Below, one piece after another: positions 28,359 through 38,797 of a DNA stretch of 64,000 nt. Source of the stretch: a virus; the IMG/VR virus record IMGVR_UViG_3300031227_000032, positions 1-64,000 of that record; one strand, written 5' to 3'. The number at the start of each line of letters is the position of its first letter. Within the stretch, counting starts at the first letter, position 1. Position numbers and translations under genes: made by a program. The notes under the pieces are model-generated. The model was not told the DNA's origin and ran no database searches. It saw nothing but the letters and a program-made list of their open reading frames with translations.

Positions 28359-29030
28359 TCAATTAGACTCTGTGGTTTTGCTCATCGAAACATCTGGCAT
28401 TATAGCATGGACTTCGCCAGGTGTCAAGTCACCCCGCATAGCATTACGGGCGGCTGCGATTTCTTCAGCTAGCCAGATCATGCCGATGTCCTCTTCAGCA
28501 GGCGTGAACGTTGCATTCGGCAGCGTAGCCAGCAGCTTATTCAGCAGTGCGGTCGTGGTGATAATCTCGCCATCGTCAAACTGGATATCGCCACGCACCA
28601 TCAGGTAGTGAGCAATGCGGATCAGGTAGCCCTCTGGCACGCCTGACTCGTTGACGCGATAGAACACCGCAGTCATAACGGGCGATACACGGCTGATACC
28701 TGTCCAGATATCAACCCAGTCACCATCGCTCAGATTCTCGGCGGCTTTTTCTAGCCCGTATGCAAACAGCACATCCTTAACGGCGTCATCCGGATCGTCG
28801 CCCATCGAAGCGCTGCGCAAGTCAGTCAGCAGCCCGCCGATTTCGGCTGTGATCATCGGCAATCCGTCTGGTAAATCCACATCGAGCGATCTCAGAATGC
28901 CAGCGGCAATCGGAACATACTCGTGAATGATCGTGGCGATTTCCTCATACATACAGTACGTGTCTTCTTTAGCTACCGCTGGAGTTGCCAGCAGGATAGC
29001 TGCAATGCAAATTATAATGATACGCTTCAT
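28359..29030 (-). CDS. Secreted hypothetical protein
   Basis: Signal peptide MKRIIIICIAAILLATPAVA. Confidence 0.6.
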   Translation of the reverse strand: MKRIIIICIAAILLATPAVAKEDTYCMYEEIATIIHEYVPIAAGILRSLDVDLPDGLPMITAEIGGLLTDLRSASMGDDPDDAVKDVLFAYGLEKAAENLSDGDWVDIWTGISRVSPVMTAVFYRVNESGVPEGYLIRIAHYLMVRGDIQFDDGEIITTTALLNKLLATLPNATFTPAEEDIGMIWLAEEIAAARNAMRGDLTPGEVHAIMPDVSMSKTTESN

Positions 29031-29041
29031 AGTACACTCCT

Positions 29042-29257
29042 CTACTTAAAAACAATACCTGCCGTCACAGCGACTAGCGTTAGAATCGTTGTAGTTAAAA
29101 TCCAGTTCACGCGCAATTCCAAAGCACATAACCTCTTTTCAGTGTAGTCGTTTGTGGTTTCCTGACTTGCGCGAAACTTTTCCATCTCGCCCATGTCTCC
29201 GCTCATTTTACCTAGCTTTTCCTTTACCCAATCTTCAGTTGCAACGCCGTTGCCCAT
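29042..29257 (-). CDS. Holin-like / XhlA-like protein
   Basis: Coiled coil plus C-terminal TM helix; follows tail genes. Confidence 0.55.
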   Translation of the reverse strand: MGNGVATEDWVKEKLGKMSGDMGEMEKFRASQETTNDYTEKRLCALELRVNWILTTTILTLVAVTAGIVFK

Positions 29258-29277
29258 GTCAACCCCTACAGTGTAGA

Positions 29278-30954
29278 TTACACTTCAACGTCCATTTCAT
29301 TAGTCGGCAACGCGGTAATCGTCATTGTGTTAGTCGGCATATCGGTGACGGTCATCACCAGCACACCTGCAAGTCCGACGATGGCCTTGGTAAGTGTAAC
29401 ATCGCTGCCAACGAGATTATACACGCCGGAGTCGGCACTTGTCAACCAGCCATGCAATAGGTCTGCCGACGTGCCGGTGACAATATACGTCCCGCCGTCC
29501 GCAGTCAGCGTATAGGTCGAACCGCCTTTCGTCAGTGTTACATCGAAGCCGACTAGATTATAGTTACCACCTGTAGCGGTCAGCAGATAAGTACGCAGCA
29601 AGTCAGCGGTCTGTCCGGTGACTACATACGTGCCGCCGTTTGCCGTGACTAGATAGCCGTGCAGCAAGTCTGCCGACGTGCCGGTCTCCGCGTAAGCTCC
29701 ACCGGTCGCCGTAACTAGATACCCGCGTAACAGATCAGCGGCAGTGCCAGTCTCGGTATAAGCTCCACCGGTCGCACCAAGTTTGCGGGCGTGCAATAAA
29801 TCAGCGGCAGTGCCGGTCTCGACATAAGCGCCAGCGGCAGCGGCCATCGTGAATCCATAGTACAGCCCAGCGTCGCTACCAGTTTCCGCATACGTGCCAC
29901 CTGTTGCGCCAAGTAGGTATGCGTGCAGTAGATCAGCGGCAGTGCCGGTCTCGACATAAGCGCCAGCGGCAGCGGCCATCGTGAATCCATAGTACAGCCC
30001 AGCGTCGCTACCAGTTTCCGCATACGTGCCACCAACCGCGCCCAGTAGATAACCGTGCAGTAAGTCCGCAGCGGTTCCCGTCTCCGCATAACTGCCGCCT
30101 GTTGCCGTAACTTTCCGACCGTGCAGCAATCCCGCAGCGCTACCCGTCTCGGTATAGCTACCAGCATCAGCAGCCATAGTGAATCCGTAGTACAACCCCG
30201 CCGCCGTGCCGGTAAGTGCATACGTGCCGCCCGTTGCGCCAAGTAGGTATGCGTGCAGTAGATCAGCGGCAGTACCAGTCTCGTGAAACTCACCGCCAAC
30301 TGCGGGCAGTGTGTAAGTTGACCCGCCTACAGTGTAGGTAATGACTAGTTTAGGGTCGTAGTCGGTGCCTGCTTCGTCGGCGCACCTCGTTTCCGTGTAT
30401 GCAAATCCGCCACTAGACCAACTCGGCTCTGTGTTGCTCCGGTCAGATTCATAGCGTCCGCCAAGTTTGGTAATGCTGGTTTTAGAGATTGCGGCAATGC
30501 CTGCTGGGTTTAATGTAATATCTGTATATACAGTGTCATTAGCTGTAATAGTAGATACTGCGACTGCTGTTGCATATAGCGTGGTGCCGACTTGAGCATA
30601 ATCAGCATTGACTATGGCGTTGTTGTTTGCCGGAGTGCTGCCGACAAGTGCAATCGAATCAGTAAATGGGTCACTCTTTTGTGTAAACCATAAACTGAAC
30701 ACTGCACTGGAAATACTGGCTCCGCTTGTCAGTGCCGACGTATCCAGCGTCCATATATTCCGCCTAAGTAAACTCCATTCATCTTGCGTGGTAGTGGCCT
30801 GCAGGGCCAGGTAAGCTGTGGCATTAGTATCGCCGCTGCCATTGCCAGCCGCCGCCCTGATGGTTGCCCATATTGCATCTGCCGATGACTGCACATAGCC
30901 ATCCACCGTAGTATTGCCAGTGCCAGCATCAGGATATACGGTCAACGTGCTGAT
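29278..30954 (-). CDS. Virion fibre/appendage protein with 22-aa tandem repeats
   Basis: N-terminal beta domain ending DPKLVITY, then ETG.AADLL..Y...A.GG.Y repeats; start either TTG 30945 or ATC 30954. Confidence 0.7.
   Translation of the reverse strand: MSTLTVYPDAGTGNTTVDGYVQSSADAIWATIRAAAGNGSGDTNATAYLALQATTTQDEWSLLRRNIWTLDTSALTSGASISSAVFSLWFTQKSDPFTDSIALVGSTPANNNAIVNADYAQVGTTLYATAVAVSTITANDTVYTDITLNPAGIAAISKTSITKLGGRYESDRSNTEPSWSSGGFAYTETRCADEAGTDYDPKLVITYTVGGSTYTLPAVGGEFHETGTAADLLHAYLLGATGGTYALTGTAAGLYYGFTMAADAGSYTETGSAAGLLHGRKVTATGGSYAETGTAADLLHGYLLGAVGGTYAETGSDAGLYYGFTMAAAAGAYVETGTAADLLHAYLLGATGGTYAETGSDAGLYYGFTMAAAAGAYVETGTAADLLHARKLGATGGAYTETGTAADLLRGYLVTATGGAYAETGTSADLLHGYLVTANGGTYVVTGQTADLLRTYLLTATGGNYNLVGFDVTLTKGGSTYTLTADGGTYIVTGTSADLLHGWLTSADSGVYNLVGSDVTLTKAIVGLAGVLVMTVTDMPTNTMTITALPTNEMDVEV
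29400..30310 (-). repeat. 66-bp-period coding repeats including an exact 102-bp duplication
   Basis: 29800..29901 identical to 29932..30033 (132-bp offset). Confidence 0.85.
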
Positions 30955-30988
30955 ACATCCACCTCCTCTACTGCGCTACAGATGCACA

Positions 30989-31621
30989 CTACTTCGCCTC
31001 CAGCTTCACGACCTGCTTGGAGATCACGGTGTACAGCGTTTTCAGCTTGGCAATCTGACCATTGCAGAACGTCCGCAGCTCATCGTCAGTGCTGATCTTG
31101 CCGAAGTCTTTTTCGGTGAACTTCACTGCCGGACGCCCATCCTCAACCACGCCTTCAACTGTGCTGTCAGTGATGGTTTCCTTGACCTTGAGTACGGTGG
31201 TTTCCTTGCTGATCTTGGCGCTATCCACAGTCCAATATTCAGCACCGGCTGACGGTCGCAGTGTGTAAAATTTCAGCGGAACTGGAGTGCCGTCCTTGTC
31301 AGTTTGCGGCGTGAACTTAGACTCATAATCACCGGAGATGATGAACGAATTGTCCTTGATAGCAACAATGGACAGCTCGCCGCTGCTTGCCTTGTCCAAA
31401 GATTCGAGCGTGTACTTCGCCGACCAGTCGGGTGCCTTTGCGCTGATAACTGGATCACGCGGATGCACACGCTTACCGCGAACGTACTTCTGATATGACT
31501 TGCCATCTTCATCCACCGCGGCAACGTATTCACACTCGCTGTAGAATTTCACGTCCGCCCAGTCGATATGCACACCGTCTAAGCGATGTACCGCCGCCCA
31601 TTTGTAGTCGGTGTATGCCAT
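30989..31621 (-). CDS. Hypothetical tail-region protein
   Basis: 210-aa ORF in tail operon. Confidence 0.6.
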   Translation of the reverse strand: MAYTDYKWAAVHRLDGVHIDWADVKFYSECEYVAAVDEDGKSYQKYVRGKRVHPRDPVISAKAPDWSAKYTLESLDKASSGELSIVAIKDNSFIISGDYESKFTPQTDKDGTPVPLKFYTLRPSAGAEYWTVDSAKISKETTVLKVKETITDSTVEGVVEDGRPAVKFTEKDFGKISTDDELRTFCNGQIAKLKTLYTVISKQVVKLEAK

Positions 31622-31622
31622 G

Positions 31623-32039
31623 CTAAGCCACCGTCAGAATGCTCGCACCGAAATCGACCGTGAATGTCTCGCCTGTTGCAACATCCACCGCACTGCCGTA
31701 ATCCCAATACGCGATCAACGGGCTACCGGCATACGAGCTATTTAGCAGCACGACATACCTGAACTGTGCAATCGCTCCGCCTGCAGCCGTGAATACGTGA
31801 TCGGTGCCAGCAAGCGTGGCAGTACCGGCAGTCTCAGACCACGTTGTACCCGCAACAGTGCCGCCGCCTGTCGAATACCCGTTGCCGTCTGCAATCTCGG
31901 TAATGTCAGCCAGCAGAGCGTCAGTCGCAACCGTCGGCGCGGTGTTGGTCAATGCGAGTTTGAGTGTGTCGTTTGGAAAGTCGTGGAATGCCGCACCCAA
32001 ATCCTCTACAAACTGATCGTATTTTACAAAACTAGCCAT
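31623..32039 (-). CDS. Small virion structural protein (DTLKLAL...GY..GG family)
   Basis: Motifs DTLKLAL, NGYSTGG, FRYVVL, PLIAYWDYG, GETFTV. Confidence 0.7.
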   Translation of the reverse strand: MASFVKYDQFVEDLGAAFHDFPNDTLKLALTNTAPTVATDALLADITEIADGNGYSTGGGTVAGTTWSETAGTATLAGTDHVFTAAGGAIAQFRYVVLLNSSYAGSPLIAYWDYGSAVDVATGETFTVDFGASILTVA

Positions 32040-32053
32040 GTGTTGATAGCCTC

Positions 32054-32383
32054 CTAGCTAAACTTATCCACTACCAGAAATCTCTCCTGAGTAGTGCGTG
32101 AAAATGTGTAGAGCTTTGTGCTCTTTACAACATCCATGTATACATCGTAGTGGTCAACCTCATCAGCCCACCATGTTGTAATTGGCGTAAGTGTAATCTC
32201 GCCTGCCGTTGCGTCAGTGACACTCAATAGTCCCGTGAGATTATCAGTGGAATCCTCCACGCCAGTATTCGCCTGTCGCCGCAATGTTGCGGATGTAATG
32301 CCTGTCAGGTTGAATGCTGCGCTGTTACGTGTCAATGTAAATACAACATCCTCCGTTTCGCCTACTCGTACAGTCTGTGACAT
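32054..32383 (-). CDS. BppU-like Ig-fold adaptor protein
   Basis: FNLTG...VTDATAGEIT pattern. Confidence 0.5.
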   Translation of the reverse strand: MSQTVRVGETEDVVFTLTRNSAAFNLTGITSATLRRQANTGVEDSTDNLTGLLSVTDATAGEITLTPITTWWADEVDHYDVYMDVVKSTKLYTFSRTTQERFLVVDKFS

Positions 32384-32391
32384 ATCACCTC

Positions 32392-35300
32392 CTAATCTGC
32401 GTACATGTACACTTTAATCCAGTCTATATCTAGCTGTAATGTTATATCTTCCAACGCTACCTCACTCGCGCCTTGCGCCCACACGCCCGCGCGTAAGCAC
32501 TCATTCCATCCGCCAACGTCAGTACCGGCAGCGGCAAGCGTTGCGATGTACCAAACGCCATCGGACATACTGCCGAGTTGATCCGCAGACTTCGCGGTAT
32601 TTGCGAGTACATCAGCAGTGGTAACGTCATTGACGACTAAGTACACGTTATCGAAGTTAGCCACGGTGTTTACTCTGATGCGCGCTTGCACGTATACGCG
32701 GCAGTTATCGTTGTTATCACCCTGACGCCCGAACGGACTCCAGACGGCAACCTGTGATTGATTCGATTGTATGTAGTCAGGATCAGCGAATACTACGTTA
32801 GCCTGCCACGTCCAGCGGCCAAATGACGTTAAGCCGCCTTCGTTTGTAAAGTCAAATCCGCCCGTATTGCTGGCAGTTACGGTGCCAATCGCTACAGCGG
32901 TCGCGGGGTATTTCAAGCTGTCCCACGTTTTGCCGGTAGCGGCATTCTGCGCGGCCGTCCAGCCAGCGAAGTAATGCGGCGTGCGCTGCGTCAGGTCGTG
33001 GCGATTGGCGTCTGAGTCGATAGCGTATAGCCTGCCATCGTCACCGGCGATAGCGCGGACATAGCCAGCTTCCGGAGCATCGGATAGGGGGGTATTTGAG
33101 GACTCCCCCATATCATGCCAATTGTCAGAAACAACACGCGGGAATTTGCCTTCATATGCTGCATTATCCGCCGAAGCGCAAACACCTTCAACTCCAATGG
33201 TTTCACCAGTTGCGCCAGTAGCTTGGCCCAACATCGCGCGCCCATCGTTAACAGTGCCGGTGTATTCGCCTACAATAGGCCCGGTGTCGCTACTTACCAC
33301 TTCTATCCTATCATTCACCGTGGCCGGTGTAAGCGCAGTGCCAATGCGTTGCCAGTAATTCACACCGAGCGGGCCTGTCTCAGTTCCGTCATCTTCCAGA
33401 TAATACAGCCCATCTGCGAGTGCATAAACTCGCCAATCATCTGCCGCTGGATTGGCAGGGGTGCTGCCCAGTTCATCTAAGTCAGCCCACGTGCTTATCT
33501 TGACACTATCTATCGACAATCCGTAACCAGGGCCGTCGCATCGTACTGATAGTGCGTTTTCGGTATCGGTTGCATCATCCTGTATGATCTCGACTACTGG
33601 CTTATCAGTTTCGGCGTCTACCAAGTCACGCTCGATACGCACCGTGTAGCCTTTTTCCGTGGCGCTATCGTTGCCGTTAATGTCCAACACTCCAGCGGGT
33701 GTGGCCGTGCTGATACCGATGCGATCCTTTGACGCATCAGTGTAGATTAGGTTGATGTCGTTTTCACCCTCAACTCTAAAGTCAATGTCAACACCGTCTT
33801 CGTTGATAACTGCACGATCAGGCCACAGGTCTAAGACACTTTTGAATGTGCTGTCAACCTGCATTTCGATACCAAGCCCACCGTCTTCCGAGCCTGCTAT
33901 CACGTTTTCAGAATACGCACGCAAACGCACGTAATCTGTCATGGCGGGCGTGGAGTTATTGCCGCTGAATAGTAGCTCGCCAAGTATGTCATTGTTCGCC
34001 TGTGTTGCGGAGTCATGCTCAAAGGTGATCGTCGGGCCTGAAACATCAGCGCCAGTATACGTCAGCTTGAACATTTCATCATCGGTGGCGTTAGGAATCT
34101 CTACCGTATCATCGGCAGTTGCCGGCGAAAGCACAACGCCGTTACGTTGCCATAGGGACGCTACGTTGATTTGATCCCACACCGCAGCGGTGGCCGTATC
34201 GTCAACGCTCTTGTAGGCTATGTCAGTTGCTGTATCTACCCAAGTATCGCCAGTAAAGAATGTGCCGTTACCGCCCGTACCTACGTTATCATCGTTCGCA
34301 TCCGGCGGTGAAGTATCTGTATAGCGTTGTACCGCGTGTGTGTGATTGCCAACCTTTCGATTGCCAGCGTCTAACCCTGAAAGCTGCCCGTGATCGCTAG
34401 TGCTTACCTCTACACGGCTGATCGTTTCACTACGCCAATCAATGTAATCGTCGCCCTCATCAGTGCTGACAATCCGCGCGTTAATAGCAGACGCATATGC
34501 CGTATTGGTCTGGTAAATCACCGTGGCAATAGGGCGAATCTCTGGCAGCAGAATATCATTAGTGACCAAGCTAAGCACTTCAGTTTTAGCACCCTCGCGC
34601 GCCGCTGGCTTGTTGCCATAGGTAGCCTGCCCCATCAGTGAGATCATGGGTTTATCTTTTTCAGTTGTGGCGAATACATGGTAAAGAACATACTTGCCAC
34701 TGTCAGCTTCGGTAAGTTGCCATGCGCCGCCTGTGTACTCATTCCAAGCCAACCTGTCAGCGGATGTATTATCGAACGTCCGCGCGCTGAATCCAGCTAC
34801 CACAGTCTGCCGTAAGTTGCCATCAGCGCCATCTAAATGATAGACTGGCAATCCAGTGGTACTCAATACTGCGCTGATAGGTAGATAAATATCCTCATCA
34901 GCGACAGCGCCAACGTCAACGCCGAACTGTGCATCGGCGGTTGCCCCGCCACCGTCAACGCTAAACGTATTCAGGCCAAGCCCGCTGAAGTATTGCAATC
35001 CTAAAGCGAAGTGTAAATAGGCGTGAGTATCCGGCGACATGCGTTCGGCGTGCCGCTCCTCGCCTATGTAGTTTCCCTCCGGTGTTGACGCATCCCAGTA
35101 GATGAAACTCACCAAAGCATAGTTGCGGATCAGGTCGGAGATGTTCTCAACAGTAGGATTGGCAAGCGCAGTAAGCGTTGCGCCATCGTAGTAGATTGCA
35201 TGCACGCCCTCGGTATTATCAATCTGCACCGTGTCGCCAGTCGCCGTATATTTCACTCCAACTACCCAGTAGTTAAAGTCAGTGCCAGTCGGCTGGATGC

Positions 35301-35676
35301 TGAGCGTGCGATCAGGCCCGGTGTCCGTCCAGGTCAGGGTGCTGAGTGTGCGATCATCGAAGCCGTTCTGATTCCATTCAGGACGTGTGGGCCACAGGTC
35401 ATCTACAGCTATCTCAATATCCTGAGCAGCTTGCGTGAGCAGTACACCGTAACCCTCAGACAGCGTAACGTCGTCAACTAACGCAGTTTCGCCAGCCTTG
35501 GCAAGCGTGAAATAATCACCGCCACTGCCGCCTGGTTGTGTGTCTGCATTCTGGAATCCAGCGGACGTGAAAGTCGCAGGTGATACCGGCGCATCATCAC
35601 CCGATACTTGTTCGATCAGGTCGATAATATCCGGCACATCATTCAGTGCTGGGCGTTTGATCTTTGGTTTAGACAT
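32392..35676 (-). CDS. Large tail fibre / receptor-binding protein
   Basis: 1094 aa; WQR.G..L.P repeats, INEDG.D.DFRVE, RIGI.T.TP motifs typical of fibres. Confidence 0.7.
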   Translation of the reverse strand: MSKPKIKRPALNDVPDIIDLIEQVSGDDAPVSPATFTSAGFQNADTQPGGSGGDYFTLAKAGETALVDDVTLSEGYGVLLTQAAQDIEIAVDDLWPTRPEWNQNGFDDRTLSTLTWTDTGPDRTLSIQPTGTDFNYWVVGVKYTATGDTVQIDNTEGVHAIYYDGATLTALANPTVENISDLIRNYALVSFIYWDASTPEGNYIGEERHAERMSPDTHAYLHFALGLQYFSGLGLNTFSVDGGGATADAQFGVDVGAVADEDIYLPISAVLSTTGLPVYHLDGADGNLRQTVVAGFSARTFDNTSADRLAWNEYTGGAWQLTEADSGKYVLYHVFATTEKDKPMISLMGQATYGNKPAAREGAKTEVLSLVTNDILLPEIRPIATVIYQTNTAYASAINARIVSTDEGDDYIDWRSETISRVEVSTSDHGQLSGLDAGNRKVGNHTHAVQRYTDTSPPDANDDNVGTGGNGTFFTGDTWVDTATDIAYKSVDDTATAAVWDQINVASLWQRNGVVLSPATADDTVEIPNATDDEMFKLTYTGADVSGPTITFEHDSATQANNDILGELLFSGNNSTPAMTDYVRLRAYSENVIAGSEDGGLGIEMQVDSTFKSVLDLWPDRAVINEDGVDIDFRVEGENDINLIYTDASKDRIGISTATPAGVLDINGNDSATEKGYTVRIERDLVDAETDKPVVEIIQDDATDTENALSVRCDGPGYGLSIDSVKISTWADLDELGSTPANPAADDWRVYALADGLYYLEDDGTETGPLGVNYWQRIGTALTPATVNDRIEVVSSDTGPIVGEYTGTVNDGRAMLGQATGATGETIGVEGVCASADNAAYEGKFPRVVSDNWHDMGESSNTPLSDAPEAGYVRAIAGDDGRLYAIDSDANRHDLTQRTPHYFAGWTAAQNAATGKTWDSLKYPATAVAIGTVTASNTGGFDFTNEGGLTSFGRWTWQANVVFADPDYIQSNQSQVAVWSPFGRQGDNNDNCRVYVQARIRVNTVANFDNVYLVVNDVTTADVLANTAKSADQLGSMSDGVWYIATLAAAGTDVGGWNECLRAGVWAQGASEVALEDITLQLDIDWIKVYMYAD

Positions 35677-38096
35677 TAGCTAATGTTACTCGCTGCATAG
35701 TTCAATACTGTATAGTCAATTGTCGTCGCTTCGCCGTCTACTGAGATTGTAAACTCGCGCATTACTCCGGTGTAATCCACACCGCCGCCGTCCTCATCAG
35801 TGGCAATCGTATCGCCAAGTTCAGGCTTTGAGGCTAGCACACCTGGATAACTGTAGCTATGCTGTTTATACAGGATCAGGCTTGACTCAAGATACGCACG
35901 CCCGATGGTCAACGCTGCCGCTTCGGATGCCGCGCCAATGTTGATATTGTGTACACGTTGCGCACCCGCTGATCCGTCGGCATTCACACCGCCGCGTAAC
36001 TTCACATGCGCGTTCACGTCATAGAGATACTGCGGCAATGTTTTGTTCAGTACATCATCCGTAGTCTGCACTAGAGCATACTTTGTGATGTTACCCATAA
36101 TGCGAATGTTGTGGATTGCCGCCCAGTACTTATGCCCGCTATCTACCGGCCCCGCCATGTATTCCCAGACCACACGTACTGCGTTTACTTGCGGTAATGC
36201 AAACTGTTTCAGATTAAGCTCTACAGTCTTGGCAGTACGCCCGATATTACCTTTGGCTGTACCCTGTAGCTTAGTGCCGAGATTCTGCCATGTGCCGGTG
36301 TGAGTTGCGTCATTAAAATCAGTGCAGCCATCTATGCGCAGTACGTAGGTTTCGTCTGTGTTGTGACGTGTGCGATCCTCAGTCGAACGATAAGCGTTTA
36401 CCCGTAATACGATTTCGTCAAGGTCAACGGACGGCGAGCCCGCGCCAAACCAGTACATCGTATGCGGAAAATCAGCAGCGGGATCGTGGAATACTTCAGC
36501 GAGTAACTTACTATCTAGCTTACCATCAGTTGTAGCCGCCGCGCCGAATGCACTTGCACCTGCCGCCGTGCTGGTAGTATTCGTTCCCTTGCCGTAACCT
36601 TCCGCGCCCTCAGTGCAGTAATACCACGTATCAGGCTTCGCCCCCGCCGCCGCCGCGCCCTCATGCCACGCAAAAGTATGACTTGCAAGGTTAGGGTCTT
36701 GATCGTGCGTATACTCCACCCTCACCGCGCTGTATACATCGGCAATGCTGGTCTCTTGTTCTAGCCTATCCACTCCAGTGATAGTCTGATCTACAACGCC
36801 GTTAGCAATCTCCAGCAGGCGTAACTTACCCTCGCTGTGATTGTATACAAACTCGTATTCATCAGTCAAGCCGAGCGACGTAATCAGCCCTTGCGCAGCT
36901 AGCCATTGCGTCTTAGGGTTACGCTGCGGATTGTAGTCATAGCGCGTTATCCGTGTGACAAGTGCCATCGCTGTATATTCAGCAGACGGTGAGACGTAAT
37001 CGAACTCATCGCCTAGATCAGCGAGCACAAAGCCTGAACCGCCGTAAGCAAGCGGAGTCGTGACGATCAGCCGAATAATATCTGGCAGTGAGTAGACGGT
37101 CGATCCCGCGTCCAGCACCTTGTCAGCATCATAGTAGTAACATGTCGTCGCATATGTAGCGCCCGCCTCAACGCCGCCTGCCATGACGAAACAACCGTAG
37201 CTGTAATGCGCCGTCCATCGTTCGCCGTAGCGCATGGATATGTATGCAGTACCGCCCGCTGGGTCTTCGTAAACGATGGCAGGTTCAGGGCCGAGCCGTT
37301 TGCCGACCTTGCTTGTAACAGTCGCATTTGCCGCATGACCAGCCGCCGTCGTGCCAAGTGCCGCGCGTTCTTTCACGTTGACCTTGTATCTATCACTGCC
37401 GCCCGTCGGGTCATAGCCCTCATAATACATCCATTCAGTACCAATTTTCAGCCAGCCTTGCGGCGGGAATCCCTGATTAGTTGTTGTAAATTCAACGTCA
37501 AACGGTGCAGCCGTGCCTATCAGTATTTCGGCGTGGATTGTATCGCTTGCGCTATCGCCATCTTGCACATAACATTTCGCGCCCTCTGCGTCTGCCGGAT
37601 CAGGCCATAGCGTATCAGTGTCAACATCGAACGAACCAAACTCGCCGCTGGATTGCAGCGGTAAATAACTAGGTGCGCTTTCACCGACTAGCACGGTGGA
37701 CGTTGCCACACTCCAACGCACGTTGCCCGCTGAGTCCGTCACAGCGGCGCGTGTAAGCCCTTGTTCGTTCCCGTCGCATTCCACTACTATATGGCGGGCC
37801 GGTGATCCGTCAGCGGCCTGTGATACTTCGTAGTATGGCTTGGCGGCCACAACGCCGCGAAACCAGAAGTCCGCGCCGTCCTTAACTACCACCTGCGAAT
37901 GTAGCTGCAATGCGTTGGTATCAGTTGAGTCCAGGTTATACACGTTGGCAGCGTCAGTCTCGACTCGCAACGTGACGCCGGATATTTCACCGAACGATTG
38001 GTGAATCTCCAGACGCGCGACGGGCACGGTGGTTTCCGCACCGCCCGCACCGTTGTAATTTTTGACCGGATTGGAGAATGTTGCTAGTTTGCTCAT
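35676..38096 (-). CDS. Tail tip / baseplate hub (Tal-like) protein
   Basis: 806 aa; FRG.V, PELGD.I, RAALGTTAAGH motifs; position after Dit. Confidence 0.6.
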   Translation of the reverse strand: MSKLATFSNPVKNYNGAGGAETTVPVARLEIHQSFGEISGVTLRVETDAANVYNLDSTDTNALQLHSQVVVKDGADFWFRGVVAAKPYYEVSQAADGSPARHIVVECDGNEQGLTRAAVTDSAGNVRWSVATSTVLVGESAPSYLPLQSSGEFGSFDVDTDTLWPDPADAEGAKCYVQDGDSASDTIHAEILIGTAAPFDVEFTTTNQGFPPQGWLKIGTEWMYYEGYDPTGGSDRYKVNVKERAALGTTAAGHAANATVTSKVGKRLGPEPAIVYEDPAGGTAYISMRYGERWTAHYSYGCFVMAGGVEAGATYATTCYYYDADKVLDAGSTVYSLPDIIRLIVTTPLAYGGSGFVLADLGDEFDYVSPSAEYTAMALVTRITRYDYNPQRNPKTQWLAAQGLITSLGLTDEYEFVYNHSEGKLRLLEIANGVVDQTITGVDRLEQETSIADVYSAVRVEYTHDQDPNLASHTFAWHEGAAAAGAKPDTWYYCTEGAEGYGKGTNTTSTAAGASAFGAAATTDGKLDSKLLAEVFHDPAADFPHTMYWFGAGSPSVDLDEIVLRVNAYRSTEDRTRHNTDETYVLRIDGCTDFNDATHTGTWQNLGTKLQGTAKGNIGRTAKTVELNLKQFALPQVNAVRVVWEYMAGPVDSGHKYWAAIHNIRIMGNITKYALVQTTDDVLNKTLPQYLYDVNAHVKLRGGVNADGSAGAQRVHNINIGAASEAAALTIGRAYLESSLILYKQHSYSYPGVLASKPELGDTIATDEDGGGVDYTGVMREFTISVDGEATTIDYTVLNYAASNIS

Positions 38097-38147
38097 GGTG
38101 ACTTGACAATCTCCGCGTTATGTGTTACATTCTGATTGGAGGATATT

Positions 38148-38597
38148 ATGTACAAATACATTTTAGTGCTGGTAATCTTACTCGCCGTGAGTTGCGGCGG
38201 CGGTTCGCCTGTGAATGATCCGCCCGATCCGCCAGTCAAAACGCTTGGCGGCGATTGGCTGCTGACTGCGCGCGGCGACGTGCCCGATAGCTGGCCGGAA
38301 GACGTGCAGATTTATATGCATTCCGAGCCTGATAATAGATGGGGTCTGCTGACATTGCCGCCTGCTATCAGCGAAAGTCTGAATGACGATGTAATGGAGT
38401 TTCGTAAACGCAGCCATCCGGTTATCGCCAACACACAGGTATACAATTCTGATCGTATATTTTCCGCCTACGATGATCCGCACCTGTATGGTCAGTGGAC
38501 GTTTATCAAGTCAGGCAACGGCGACTACCTCACGCTGAAGTTCCCCGACGGCGACGGCGGCGCGGTAGTGGTAGTGTATGACGCGGTGAAACAGTGA
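38148..38597 (+). CDS. Lipoprotein moron
   Basis: Lipobox LAVSC; own promoter TTGACA(38103)-17-TACATT; antisense to the tail operon. Confidence 0.7.
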   Translation: MYKYILVLVILLAVSCGGGSPVNDPPDPPVKTLGGDWLLTARGDVPDSWPEDVQIYMHSEPDNRWGLLTLPPAISESLNDDVMEFRKRSHPVIANTQVYNSDRIFSAYDDPHLYGQWTFIKSGNGDYLTLKFPDGDGGAVVVVYDAVKQ

Positions 38598-38797
38598 TGG
38601 AATACAAGGCACATTTCACAGGCAAGGGTGATACCGCGCTCTATATTGAGGGTCAATCTGACGATCCGGAACTAGGCCCAGATGTATATGTCGGGCTAGG
38701 CCATAGCGGGGACTCGTTCACGCCCGCACAGGCTCGCATCATTGCCGCCGCTATGATTGCTGCCGCCGACGCTGCAGATGACGCGGTGAAACAGTGA
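38594..38797 (+). CDS. Small hypothetical protein flanked by 23-bp direct repeats
   Basis: FTPAQARIIAAAMIAAAD; repeats at 38578 and 38778. Confidence 0.6.
   Translation: MMEYKAHFTGKGDTALYIEGQSDDPELGPDVYVGLGHSGDSFTPAQARIIAAAMIAAADAADDAVKQ

Noticed and set aside
29400-30310. CRISPR array or DGR template/variable repeat
   Set aside because: Repeats are in-frame coding units without spacers; no reverse transcriptase and no adenine-specific differences
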